Source: Prasinococcaceae sp. CCMP 1430
Taxonomy: Eukaryota; Plantae; Prasinodermophyta
Direction: 5' to 3'
Length of the DNA: 7,229 bases
NCBI GenBank assembly: GCA_013416795.1
Contig: RQSC01001290.1
Location: forward strand, 1-7,229
Shown: positions 1 to 7,052 of the stretch, piece by piece
Layout of the letters: each line of letters opens with the position of its first letter
Numbering within the stretch: the first letter of the stretch is position 1
Position numbers and translations under genes: made by a program
The notes under the pieces: generated by a model
The model's database searches: none
What the model was told of the DNA's origin: nothing
Seen by the model: only the letters and a program-made list of their open reading frames with translations

Positions 1-40
1 AGAACAGGATAATTTTTAATTTAATTTACATTAAGCTTTT

Positions 41-45
41 GAGGA
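41..45 (+). promoter_or_regulatory. Shine-Dalgarno site for chlB
   Basis: GAGGA, 7 nt upstream of the ATG at 53. Confidence 0.7.
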
Positions 46-52
46 TTTACAT

Positions 53-1588
53 ATGAAATTAGCATATTGGATGTATGCAGGTCCAGCACATATAGGAACA
101 TTAAGAATAGTAAGTTCTTTTAAAAACGTTCATGCCATAATGCATGCACCTTTAGGAGATGATTATTTTAATGTAATGCGTTCAATGTTAGAGAGAGAAC
201 GTAACTTTACCCCAGTAACTACAAGTGTTGTAGATCGTCATGTTTTGGCTAGAGGATCACAAGATAAAATTGTAAATAATATTAATCGCAAAGATAAAGA
301 AGAAACACCCGATCTAATTGTATTAACACCTACTTGTACATCGAGTATATTACAAGAAGATTTAGAAAATTTTGTAGAAAGAGCTTCTATGGAATCAACT
401 GCAGATGTATTATTAGCAGATGTTAATCATTATCGAGTTAATGAGTTAGAAGCTGCAGATAGAACATTGGAACAAATTGTTCGTTTTTATTTAGAAAAAG
501 CTAAAAAAGAAAATCAATTATGTTTAGAAAAAACAGAAAAGCCTTCCGTTAATATTATAGGAATTACAAATTTAGGTTTTCATCATCAACATGATTGTAG
601 AGAATTAAAAAAATTGTTTGCAGATTTGGATATCCAAATCAATGTTATTATGCCGGAAACTGCCGCAGTTACAGATTTAAAATATTTGACAAGAGCTTGG
701 TTTAATATTATTCCATATCGTGAAATAGGTTTATTGACAGCACAATATTTAAAAAAAGAATATGGTATGTCTTACATTGATATAAATCCTATTGGTTTAA
801 TTGAAACTGTTCGTTTTTTAACAACAATTCAAAAATGTTTAAATCAATCAATTAATTGTATAGATTCAAAGGATTTAGTATTGAATAATATAAAAATATT
901 TTTGAAAAATACTTGGTTTAATAATGATTATAATAAACAGATTTGTAATCCTATAGGAAAGAAAACAATTGTTTTTGGAAGTAGTACACATGCAGCTAGT
1001 TTGACTAAGATTTTAACAAAAGAAATGGGTATTAATGTTCTTTGTAGTGGAACTTATTGTGTATATGATAAAGATTGGTTTTTTGAACAAGTGTTACATT
1101 TTTGTAACAAAATATTGATAACGGAAGATCACACAAAAATTGGAGATTTTATTGCTAAATCAGAACCCAACGCTATTTTAGGAACCCAAATGGAACGTCA
1201 TTTAGGAAAACGATTAAATATACCTTGTGGGGTAATTTCAGCACCAGTTCATATACAAAATTTTCCTTTAAGTTATAAACCTTTTATTGGGTTTGAAGGC
1301 ATTAAACACATATGTGATCTTATATATAATTGTTTTACTTTTGGAATTTCTCATTCATTATTATCAATTTTTGAACAAAAACAAATAAATACTACTAAAA
1401 TAAACCAAATCAACGAAAATATGGATTTAATTTGGGCTATAGAAGCACAAAATGAATTAAAAAAAATTCCAGGTTTTGTACGAGGTCGAATACAAAGAAA
1501 TATTGAAATTCTAGCACGAGAAAAAAATATAAATTTGATAAATGTTGAAGTTTTATATGCATTAAAAGAAATTGTTGCAGATAACTAA
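53..1588 (+). CDS. chlB: Light-independent protochlorophyllide reductase (DPOR) subunit B, divergent in the C-terminal half
   Basis: 511-aa ORF with the diagnostic N-terminus [24 protein letters not shown] (Asp36, the NB-cluster ligand), [25 protein letters not shown] and a C-terminal PCP_red-like domain ([19 protein letters not shown]). GAGG RBS at 41-44. Confidence 0.97.
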   Translation: MKLAYWMYAGPAHIGTLRIVSSFKNVHAIMHAPLGDDYFNVMRSMLERERNFTPVTTSVVDRHVLARGSQDKIVNNINRKDKEETPDLIVLTPTCTSSILQEDLENFVERASMESTADVLLADVNHYRVNELEAADRTLEQIVRFYLEKAKKENQLCLEKTEKPSVNIIGITNLGFHHQHDCRELKKLFADLDIQINVIMPETAAVTDLKYLTRAWFNIIPYREIGLLTAQYLKKEYGMSYIDINPIGLIETVRFLTTIQKCLNQSINCIDSKDLVLNNIKIFLKNTWFNNDYNKQICNPIGKKTIVFGSSTHAASLTKILTKEMGINVLCSGTYCVYDKDWFFEQVLHFCNKILITEDHTKIGDFIAKSEPNAILGTQMERHLGKRLNIPCGVISAPVHIQNFPLSYKPFIGFEGIKHICDLIYNCFTFGISHSLLSIFEQKQINTTKINQINENMDLIWAIEAQNELKKIPGFVRGRIQRNIEILAREKNINLINVEVLYALKEIVADN

Positions 1589-1637
1589 ATATTGTTAAAA
1601 ACAATGAATTTGTTGTTGAATTACGGAAATTAAAAAA

Positions 1638-1666
1638 AGTTTAACATTAAAAAAATTATTTGTAAA
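1638..1666 (-). promoter_or_regulatory. Mirror-image putative promoter antisense to chlB, in the left palindrome arm
   Basis: Same TTTACA-N17-TAAACT on the minus strand (-35 at 1666-1661, -10 at 1643-1638), a consequence of the palindrome. Confidence 0.4.
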
Positions 1667-1684
1667 AATTAATTTAAATAGATT

Positions 1685-1713
1685 TTTACAAATAATTTTT
1701 TTAATGTTAAACT
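1685..1713 (+). promoter_or_regulatory. Putative sigma70-type promoter for psaA-psaB, in the right palindrome arm
   Basis: TTTACA (1685-1690), 17-nt spacer, TAAACT (1708-1713); predicted start near A1720. Confidence 0.5.
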
Positions 1714-1853
1714 TTTTTTACTAGCTCCTAAGCCACTATATACTTAATTTTATAATAGTTTTTAAATTCAAAACAAATTAAAAAATAAAATTTATTTGAT
1801 TTTATTTCTTATAAATAAAAAATGATTTTTTTGTTGTTTGCCTCAAACTGTAT

Positions 1854-1858
1854 AGGAG
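1854..1858 (+). promoter_or_regulatory. Shine-Dalgarno site for psaA
   Basis: AGGAG, 7 nt upstream of the ATG at 1866. Confidence 0.8.
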
Positions 1859-1865
1859 AATTTTA

Positions 1866-4112
1866 ATGAAAACAACAGAGGCAAAAAAGGTAAGAGTAAT
1901 AACAGATCTAAATACTGTAAGTACATCTTTTGAAAAATGGGCAAGTCCTGGTCATTTTTCAACAGTTTTGGCAAAAGGACCAAAAACAACTACTTGGATT
2001 TGGAATCTTCATGCAGATGTACATGATTTCGATAGTTATACAAATAATTTAGAAGAAATTTCACGCAAAATTTTTAGTGCCCATTTCGGTCATTTAGCTG
2101 TAATTTTTATTTGGCTAAGTGGTATGTATTTCCATGGTGCGCGTTTTTCTAATTATGAAGCATGGTTAAGTGATCCAACTAGCATTAAACCAAGTGCACA
2201 AGTAGTTTGGCCAATTGTAGGTCAAGAAATTTTAAACGCTGACATAGGTGGTGGATTCCAAGGTATTCAAATCACTTCAGGTCTTTTCCAAATGTGGAGA
2301 TCTTCCGGTATAACAACAGAATTGCAATTATATACAACTGCAATTGGTGGTTTAATAATGGCAGGTCTTATGCTTTTTGCAGGATGGTTCCATTATCATA
2401 AAGCAGCTCCGAAATTAGAATGGTTTCAAAATGCTGAATCAATGATGAATCATCATTTAGCTGGTCTTATAGGATTAGGTAGTTTAGGTTGGGCAGGTCA
2501 TCAAATTCATGTATCTTTACCAATTAATAAATTATTAGATGCTGGTGTTTCAGCTCAAGAAATTCCATTACCACATGAGTTTATTTTAAACAAAGCTTTA
2601 ATGGCAGAATTATATCCTAGTTTTAGTAAAGGTTTAACACCTTTCTTTACATTAAACTGGAGCGAATATTCTGATTTCTTAACTTTTAAAGGTGGATTAA
2701 ATCCAGTCACTGGAGGTTTATGGTTAACTGATACAGTTCATCATCATGTAGCTATTGCAGTACTATTTATTATTGCTGGTCATATGTACAGAACCAATTG
2801 GGGTATTGGTCATAGTATGAAAGAAATGTTAGAATCACATAAAGGTCCTTTCACAGGTGAAGGCCATAAAGGTCTTTATGAGATTTTAACTACATCTTGG
2901 CACGCACAATTAGCAATAAACCTTGCATTAATGGGTTCTCTGTCTATTATTGTCGCGCACCATATGTATGCAATGCCTCCATATCCTTATATTGCAACAG
3001 ACTATGCAACACAATTGTCTTTATTCACACATCATGTATGGATCGGAGGATTTTGTATAGTAGGTGGTGCGGCTCACGCAGCTATTTTCTTTGTAAGAGA
3101 TTATTATCCAGCTAAAAATTATAATAATTTATTAGATAGAGTACTTCGTCATCGTGATGCAATTATTTCTCATTTAAATTGGGTTTGTATTTTCTTAGGT
3201 TTCCATAGCTTTGGATTATATATTCACAATGATACCATGAGAGCATTAGGAAGACCTCAAGATATGTTCTCTGATTCAGCAATTCAATTACAACCAGTAT
3301 TTGCTCAATGGATTCAAGGAATTCATGCAGCAGCAGCAGGAAATACTGCACCAAATGCTTTAGCAAATGCTAGCTATGTTTTTGGTGGAGATTTAGTCTC
3401 TGTTGCAGGAAAAGTTGCAATTATGCCTATTTCTTTAGGTACTGCTGATTTCATGGTTCATCATATTCATGCGTTTACAATTCATGTAACAGCATTGATT
3501 CTTTTAAAAGGTGTTTTATTCTCAAGAAATTCTCGTTTAATTCCAGATAAATCTACTTTAGGTTTCCGTTTCCCTTGTGATGGTCCAGGCCGTGGCGGTA
3601 CTTGTCAAGTTTCTGGTTGGGATCATGTTTTCTTAGGACTTTTCTGGATGTATAATTCTTTATCTGTAGTATTGTTCCACTTTAGTTGGAAAATGCAATC
3701 TGATGTTTGGGGTAATGTTACTCCAGATGGTGCAGTAAATCATATTACAGGAAGTAATTTTGCACAAAGTGCAATAACGATTAATGGCTGGTTAAGAGAT
3801 TTCTTATGGGCACAAGCATCTCAAGTAATTCAATCATATGGTTCTGCATTATCTGCTTATGGTTTAATTTTCTTGGGCGCACATTTTGTTTGGGCATTTA
3901 GTTTAATGTTCTTATTTAGTGGTAGAGGCTATTGGCAAGAGTTAATAGAATCTATTGTATGGGCACATAATAAAATTAAAGTAGCTCCATCCATTCAACC
4001 AAGAGCTTTAAGTATTATACAAGGACGAGCTGTTGGTGTTGCACATTATCTATTAGGTGGAATTGCTACTACATGGGCATTCTTCTTAGCTAGAATAATA
4101 TCTGTAGGTTGA
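1866..4112 (+). CDS. psaA: Photosystem I P700 apoprotein A1
   Basis: 748-aa ORF with [22 protein letters not shown], the FX-binding loop [15 protein letters not shown] and the P700/A0/A1 region [22 protein letters not shown]. Ends in TGA. Confidence 0.99.
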   Translation: MKTTEAKKVRVITDLNTVSTSFEKWASPGHFSTVLAKGPKTTTWIWNLHADVHDFDSYTNNLEEISRKIFSAHFGHLAVIFIWLSGMYFHGARFSNYEAWLSDPTSIKPSAQVVWPIVGQEILNADIGGGFQGIQITSGLFQMWRSSGITTELQLYTTAIGGLIMAGLMLFAGWFHYHKAAPKLEWFQNAESMMNHHLAGLIGLGSLGWAGHQIHVSLPINKLLDAGVSAQEIPLPHEFILNKALMAELYPSFSKGLTPFFTLNWSEYSDFLTFKGGLNPVTGGLWLTDTVHHHVAIAVLFIIAGHMYRTNWGIGHSMKEMLESHKGPFTGEGHKGLYEILTTSWHAQLAINLALMGSLSIIVAHHMYAMPPYPYIATDYATQLSLFTHHVWIGGFCIVGGAAHAAIFFVRDYYPAKNYNNLLDRVLRHRDAIISHLNWVCIFLGFHSFGLYIHNDTMRALGRPQDMFSDSAIQLQPVFAQWIQGIHAAAAGNTAPNALANASYVFGGDLVSVAGKVAIMPISLGTADFMVHHIHAFTIHVTALILLKGVLFSRNSRLIPDKSTLGFRFPCDGPGRGGTCQVSGWDHVFLGLFWMYNSLSVVLFHFSWKMQSDVWGNVTPDGAVNHITGSNFAQSAITINGWLRDFLWAQASQVIQSYGSALSAYGLIFLGAHFVWAFSLMFLFSGRGYWQELIESIVWAHNKIKVAPSIQPRALSIIQGRAVGVAHYLLGGIATTWAFFLARIISVG
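2766..2827 (+). repeat. 62-bp exact direct repeat, psaA copy (partner 4987-5048)
   Basis: TTTATTATTGCTGGTCATATGTACAGAACCAATTGGGGTATTGGTCATAGTATGAAAGAAAT occurs at both positions. Confidence 0.95.
3568..3605 (+). repeat. 38-bp exact direct repeat in the FX loop, psaA copy (partner 5804-5841)
   Basis: GTTTCCCTTGTGATGGTCCAGGCCGTGGCGGTACTTGT occurs in both genes. Confidence 0.95.
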
Positions 4113-4127
4113 GGTTGAAAAAAATAA

Positions 4128-4132
4128 AAGGA
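4128..4132 (+). promoter_or_regulatory. Shine-Dalgarno site for psaB
   Basis: AAGGA, 5 nt upstream of the ATG at 4138, within a 25-nt psaA-psaB spacer. Confidence 0.6.
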
Positions 4133-4137
4133 TAAAT

Positions 4138-6342
4138 ATGGGTGCAAAATTTCCAAAAGCTAGTCAAGCTTTAGCTCAAGATCCTACCACGCGTCGCATT
4201 TGGTACGGTATCGCTACAGCAAACGATTTTGAAACACACGATGGTATAACAGAAGAAAATCTGTATCAAAAGATATTTTCTTCACACTTTGGACATTTAG
4301 CAATTATTTTCCTATGGACATCTGGAAATTTATTCCATGTAGCATGGCAAGGTAATTTTGAGCAATGGGTAAAAGATCCTTTAAATACTCGCCCAATCGC
4401 GCATGCTATTTGGGATCCACACTTTGGTCAACGCGCTGTTGAAGCATTTACTCAAGCAGGTGCTTCAGGTCCGGTGAATATTTCATATTCTGGTGTTTAC
4501 CAATGGTGGTATACAATTGGTTTACGTACAAACCAAGAACTTTATAGTTCAGCTGGATTTTTATTAATTGTTGCTGGATTATTTTTAGTTGCAGGAACTT
4601 TACATTTATTACCAAACTTTAGACCAAATTTATCTTGGTTTAAAGATGCTGAATCAAGATTAAATCATCATTTATCAGCTTTATTTGGTGTAAGCTCCTT
4701 GGCTTGGACAGGACATTTAGTTCATGTAGCAATCCCTGCATCAAGAGGTCAACATGTAGGTTGGGATAATTTCTTAACCGTTGCACCTCACCCTGAAGGT
4801 TTAAAACCATTCTTTAGTGGAAATTGGAGTGTGTATGCACAAAGTCCAGATACAGTTTCGCATGCTTTTAATACATCTGAAGGTTCTGGAACAGCAATTT
4901 TAACATTTTTAGGTGGTTTTCATCCGCAAACTCAGTCTTTATGGTTAACTGATATTGCACATCATCATTTAGCTATTGCAGTAATCTTTATTATTGCTGG
5001 TCATATGTACAGAACCAATTGGGGTATTGGTCATAGTATGAAAGAAATCTTAAATTCACATATCCCACCGGGTGGTCGTTTAGGAGCTGGTCATACAAAT
5101 TTATATGACACTGTAAATAATTCTTTACATTTCCAATTGGGTCAAGCATTAGCTTGTCTAGGTGTTATTACATCTTTAGTTGCTCAACATATGTATTCAA
5201 TGCCATCTTATGCGTACATTGCTAAAGATTTTACAACTCAAGCAGCATTATATACTCATCACCAGTATATTGCTGGATTTTTGATGGTAGGTGCTTTTGC
5301 GCATGGTGCTATTTTCTTTGTAAGAGATTACGATCCTGAACAAAATAAAAATAATGTTTTAGCTAGAATGTTAGAACATAAAGAAGCTATTATTTCACAT
5401 TTAAGCTGGGTATCCCTATTCTTAGGTTTTCATACATTAGGTTTATATGTACATAATGATGTAGTTCAAGCGTTTGGAAATCCAGAAAAACAAATTTTAA
5501 TTGAACCAGTATTTGCTCAATGGATTCAAGCAACACATGGAAAAGCTTTATATGGTTTTAATGTGTTGTTATCTTCAAGCGATAGTATTGCAACAACAGC
5601 ACCAGGAAGTTATTGGCTTCCAGGTTGGTTAGATGCTATCAATAGTGGTACTAATTCTTTATTCTTAACAATTGGACCTGGAGATTTTCTAGTACATCAT
5701 GCGATTGCTTTAGGTTTACACACAACTACATTAATTTTAGTTAAAGGTGCTTTAGACGCACGTGGATCTAAATTAATGCCAGATAAAAAAGATTTTGGTT
5801 ATAGTTTCCCTTGTGATGGTCCAGGCCGTGGCGGTACTTGTGATATTTCTGCGTGGGATGCTTTTTATTTGTCTATGTTCTGGATGTTAAATACTATTGG
5901 TTGGGTTACTTTCTATTGGCATTGGAAACACTTAGGTGTTTGGCAAGGAAACGTTGCTCAATTTAATGAGTCTTCTACATATTTAATGGGTTGGCTAAGA
6001 GATTATTTATGGTTAAATTCTTCTCAATTAATTAATGGATATAATCCATTTGGGATGAACAATTTTGCTGTATGGGCATGGATGTTTTTATTCGGACATT
6101 TAATTTGGGCAACCGGTTTTATGTTCTTAATTTCTTGGAGAGGATATTGGCAAGAATTAATTGAAACATTGATCTGGGCTCATGAGCGTACTCCTTTAGC
6201 GAATCTTATTCGTTGGAAAGATAAGCCAGTTGCATTATCTATTGTTCAAGCTCGTTTAGTAGGTTTAGCACATTTCTCTGTAGGTTATATTGTAACTTAC
6301 GCAGCTTTCTTAATTGCTTCTACTGCAAGTAAATTTAGTTAA
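4138..6342 (+). CDS. psaB: Photosystem I P700 apoprotein A2
   Basis: 734-aa ORF with [33 protein letters not shown] and [21 protein letters not shown], directly downstream of psaA. Confidence 0.99.
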   Translation: MGAKFPKASQALAQDPTTRRIWYGIATANDFETHDGITEENLYQKIFSSHFGHLAIIFLWTSGNLFHVAWQGNFEQWVKDPLNTRPIAHAIWDPHFGQRAVEAFTQAGASGPVNISYSGVYQWWYTIGLRTNQELYSSAGFLLIVAGLFLVAGTLHLLPNFRPNLSWFKDAESRLNHHLSALFGVSSLAWTGHLVHVAIPASRGQHVGWDNFLTVAPHPEGLKPFFSGNWSVYAQSPDTVSHAFNTSEGSGTAILTFLGGFHPQTQSLWLTDIAHHHLAIAVIFIIAGHMYRTNWGIGHSMKEILNSHIPPGGRLGAGHTNLYDTVNNSLHFQLGQALACLGVITSLVAQHMYSMPSYAYIAKDFTTQAALYTHHQYIAGFLMVGAFAHGAIFFVRDYDPEQNKNNVLARMLEHKEAIISHLSWVSLFLGFHTLGLYVHNDVVQAFGNPEKQILIEPVFAQWIQATHGKALYGFNVLLSSSDSIATTAPGSYWLPGWLDAINSGTNSLFLTIGPGDFLVHHAIALGLHTTTLILVKGALDARGSKLMPDKKDFGYSFPCDGPGRGGTCDISAWDAFYLSMFWMLNTIGWVTFYWHWKHLGVWQGNVAQFNESSTYLMGWLRDYLWLNSSQLINGYNPFGMNNFAVWAWMFLFGHLIWATGFMFLISWRGYWQELIETLIWAHERTPLANLIRWKDKPVALSIVQARLVGLAHFSVGYIVTYAAFLIASTASKFS
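4987..5048 (+). repeat. 62-bp exact direct repeat, psaB copy (partner 2766-2827)
   Basis: Identical to 2766-2827 by base-by-base comparison. Confidence 0.95.
5804..5841 (+). repeat. 38-bp exact direct repeat in the FX loop, psaB copy (partner 3568-3605)
   Basis: Identical to 3568-3605. Confidence 0.95.
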
Positions 6343-6389
6343 AAAATACTTGTGAATAGTTTTTATTAAAAAACTATTCACAGTTTTTT
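6341..6389. terminator. Bidirectional stem-loop terminator or 3'-end stabiliser between convergent psaB and psb28
   Basis: 14-bp perfect stem TGTGAATAGTTTTT (6351-6364) / AAAAACTATTCACA (6369-6382) with loop ATTA, flanked by A6 (6341-6346) and T6 (6384-6389), giving a U-tail in both directions. Confidence 0.85.
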
Positions 6390-6729
6390 ATGCTTTTGTA
6401 AAACTTAAATTATTTTTTTGTGCATAACGTTCAATAAAACGAATAAATCTATCCCACGTCGTTGAGTTTGTTATAGTAAATAAGGCTTCAAGAGCTTGAG
6501 GCTTGCCGTTAATAAATGTTGCATTAACGTCTCTAGTCATTAATTCACCTTCTTCATCAATTAGGAACATTCCTGTAATTTCACTATTACTTGTATTTAA
6601 AACTTGGAATACACTAGGTTTATCAAAATAAAATGTTGCTGTACTATAATTTCCATCACGTGAATGGGTTAAACGTACGTTTGGAACAATTTCTTCATCA
6701 ATGCCTTTTATAAATTGTATTTTAGCCAT
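6388..6729 (-). CDS. psb28: Photosystem II assembly factor Psb28 (formerly psbW/ycf79)
   Basis: 113-aa ORF with Psb28 motifs [48 protein letters not shown] and NNLSFTKA. Confidence 0.96.
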   Translation of the reverse strand: MAKIQFIKGIDEEIVPNVRLTHSRDGNYSTATFYFDKPSVFQVLNTSNSEITGMFLIDEEGELMTRDVNATFINGKPQALEALFTITNSTTWDRFIRFIERYAQKNNLSFTKA

Positions 6730-6770
6730 AATTTTTTGTTATTTTAGAATTGATTAAAATAAATATTAGA

Positions 6771-6791
6771 TTATATAAAACTTTTATATAA
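6771..6791. repeat. 21-bp inverted repeat upstream of psb28
   Basis: TTATATAAAA-C-TTTTATATAA. Confidence 0.6.
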
Positions 6792-6829
6792 ATTCTTAAA
6801 TAAATAAATTTTTAATTTAAAGTCTTTTT

Positions 6830-6858
6830 ATTATATTTGTTTGAATTAAACTTGACAA
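6830..6858 (-). promoter_or_regulatory. Sigma70-type promoter for psb28
   Basis: Minus strand: TTGTCA (6858-6853), 17-nt spacer, TATAAT (6835-6830); about 100 nt upstream of the psb28 ATG. Confidence 0.65.
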
Positions 6859-6880
6859 AAAAAAATTCTATCGATATAAT
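6852..6880 (+). promoter_or_regulatory. Consensus sigma70-type promoter for trnD
   Basis: TTGACA (6852-6857), 17-nt spacer, TATAAT (6875-6880); about 50 nt upstream of the tRNA. Confidence 0.85.
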
Positions 6881-6931
6881 TTAAGTACTATCGTGTATGG
6901 TCTAGTATAATATATTTTATATTTTTTATGT

Positions 6932-7005
6932 GGGATTGTAGTTCAATTGGTTAGAGCATCGCCCTGTCACGGCGAAAGTTGCGGGTTCGAGCCCCGTCAG
7001 TCCCG
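6932..7005 (+). tRNA. trnD: tRNA-Asp (GUC)
   Basis: 74-nt cloverleaf: acceptor stem GGGATTG/CAGTCCC, D arm GTTC/GAGC, anticodon stem TCGCC/GGCGA with GTC at 6966-6968, T arm GCGGG-TTCGAGC-CCCGT, discriminator G. CCA is not encoded. Confidence 0.98.
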
Positions 7006-7052
7006 TAAAAATTTTGTAAAAGAAAAATAATATTTTAATTAAAAAATAGAGA

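Larger units (their letters stand above)
1631..1720. repeat. 90-bp near-perfect palindrome with 39-bp perfect arms
   Basis: 1631-1669 (TAAAAAAAGTTTAACATTAAAAAAATTATTTGTAAAAAT) is the exact reverse complement of 1682-1720. The 12-nt spacer contains the palindrome ATTTAAAT (1672-1679) on the same axis. Confidence 0.97.

Noticed and set aside
1-12. Possible end of an upstream gene (AGA ACA GGA TAA)
   Set aside because: Only three codons are visible, too few to support or identify a gene.
53-1588. chlB as a pseudogene
   Set aside because: The frame is full length and uninterrupted, with an RBS and conserved N-terminal and PCP_red regions.
1591-1605. Small hairpin ATTGTT-AAA-AACAAT after the chlB stop, and similar AT dyads around 1783-1819
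   Set aside because: Short AT-rich stems are expected by chance and are too weak to call.
1728-1756. Alternative psaA promoter with TATAAT at 1751-1756
   Set aside because: No convincing -35 at 16-18 nt spacing (CTAAGC/TAAGCC) and no extended -10 TG; kept only as an alternative hypothesis.
2897-3115. 72-aa alternative-frame ORF inside psaA
   Set aside because: Shadow ORF wholly within a conserved gene, with a non-ATG (TTG) start and no recognisable motifs.
3163-3366. 67-aa antisense ORF inside psaA
   Set aside because: Antisense shadow of psaA codon structure; no independent support.
1866-6342. Introns, split genes, CRISPR arrays or transposases
   Set aside because: psaA and psaB are continuous and of canonical length; no repeat-spacer array or mobile-element ORF is visible in the window.
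6932-7005. G-U pairs, T-A pair at the top of the anticodon stem and missing CCA in trnD
   Set aside because: Normal for plastid tRNA-Asp; pairing is preserved and CCA is added post-transcriptionally.
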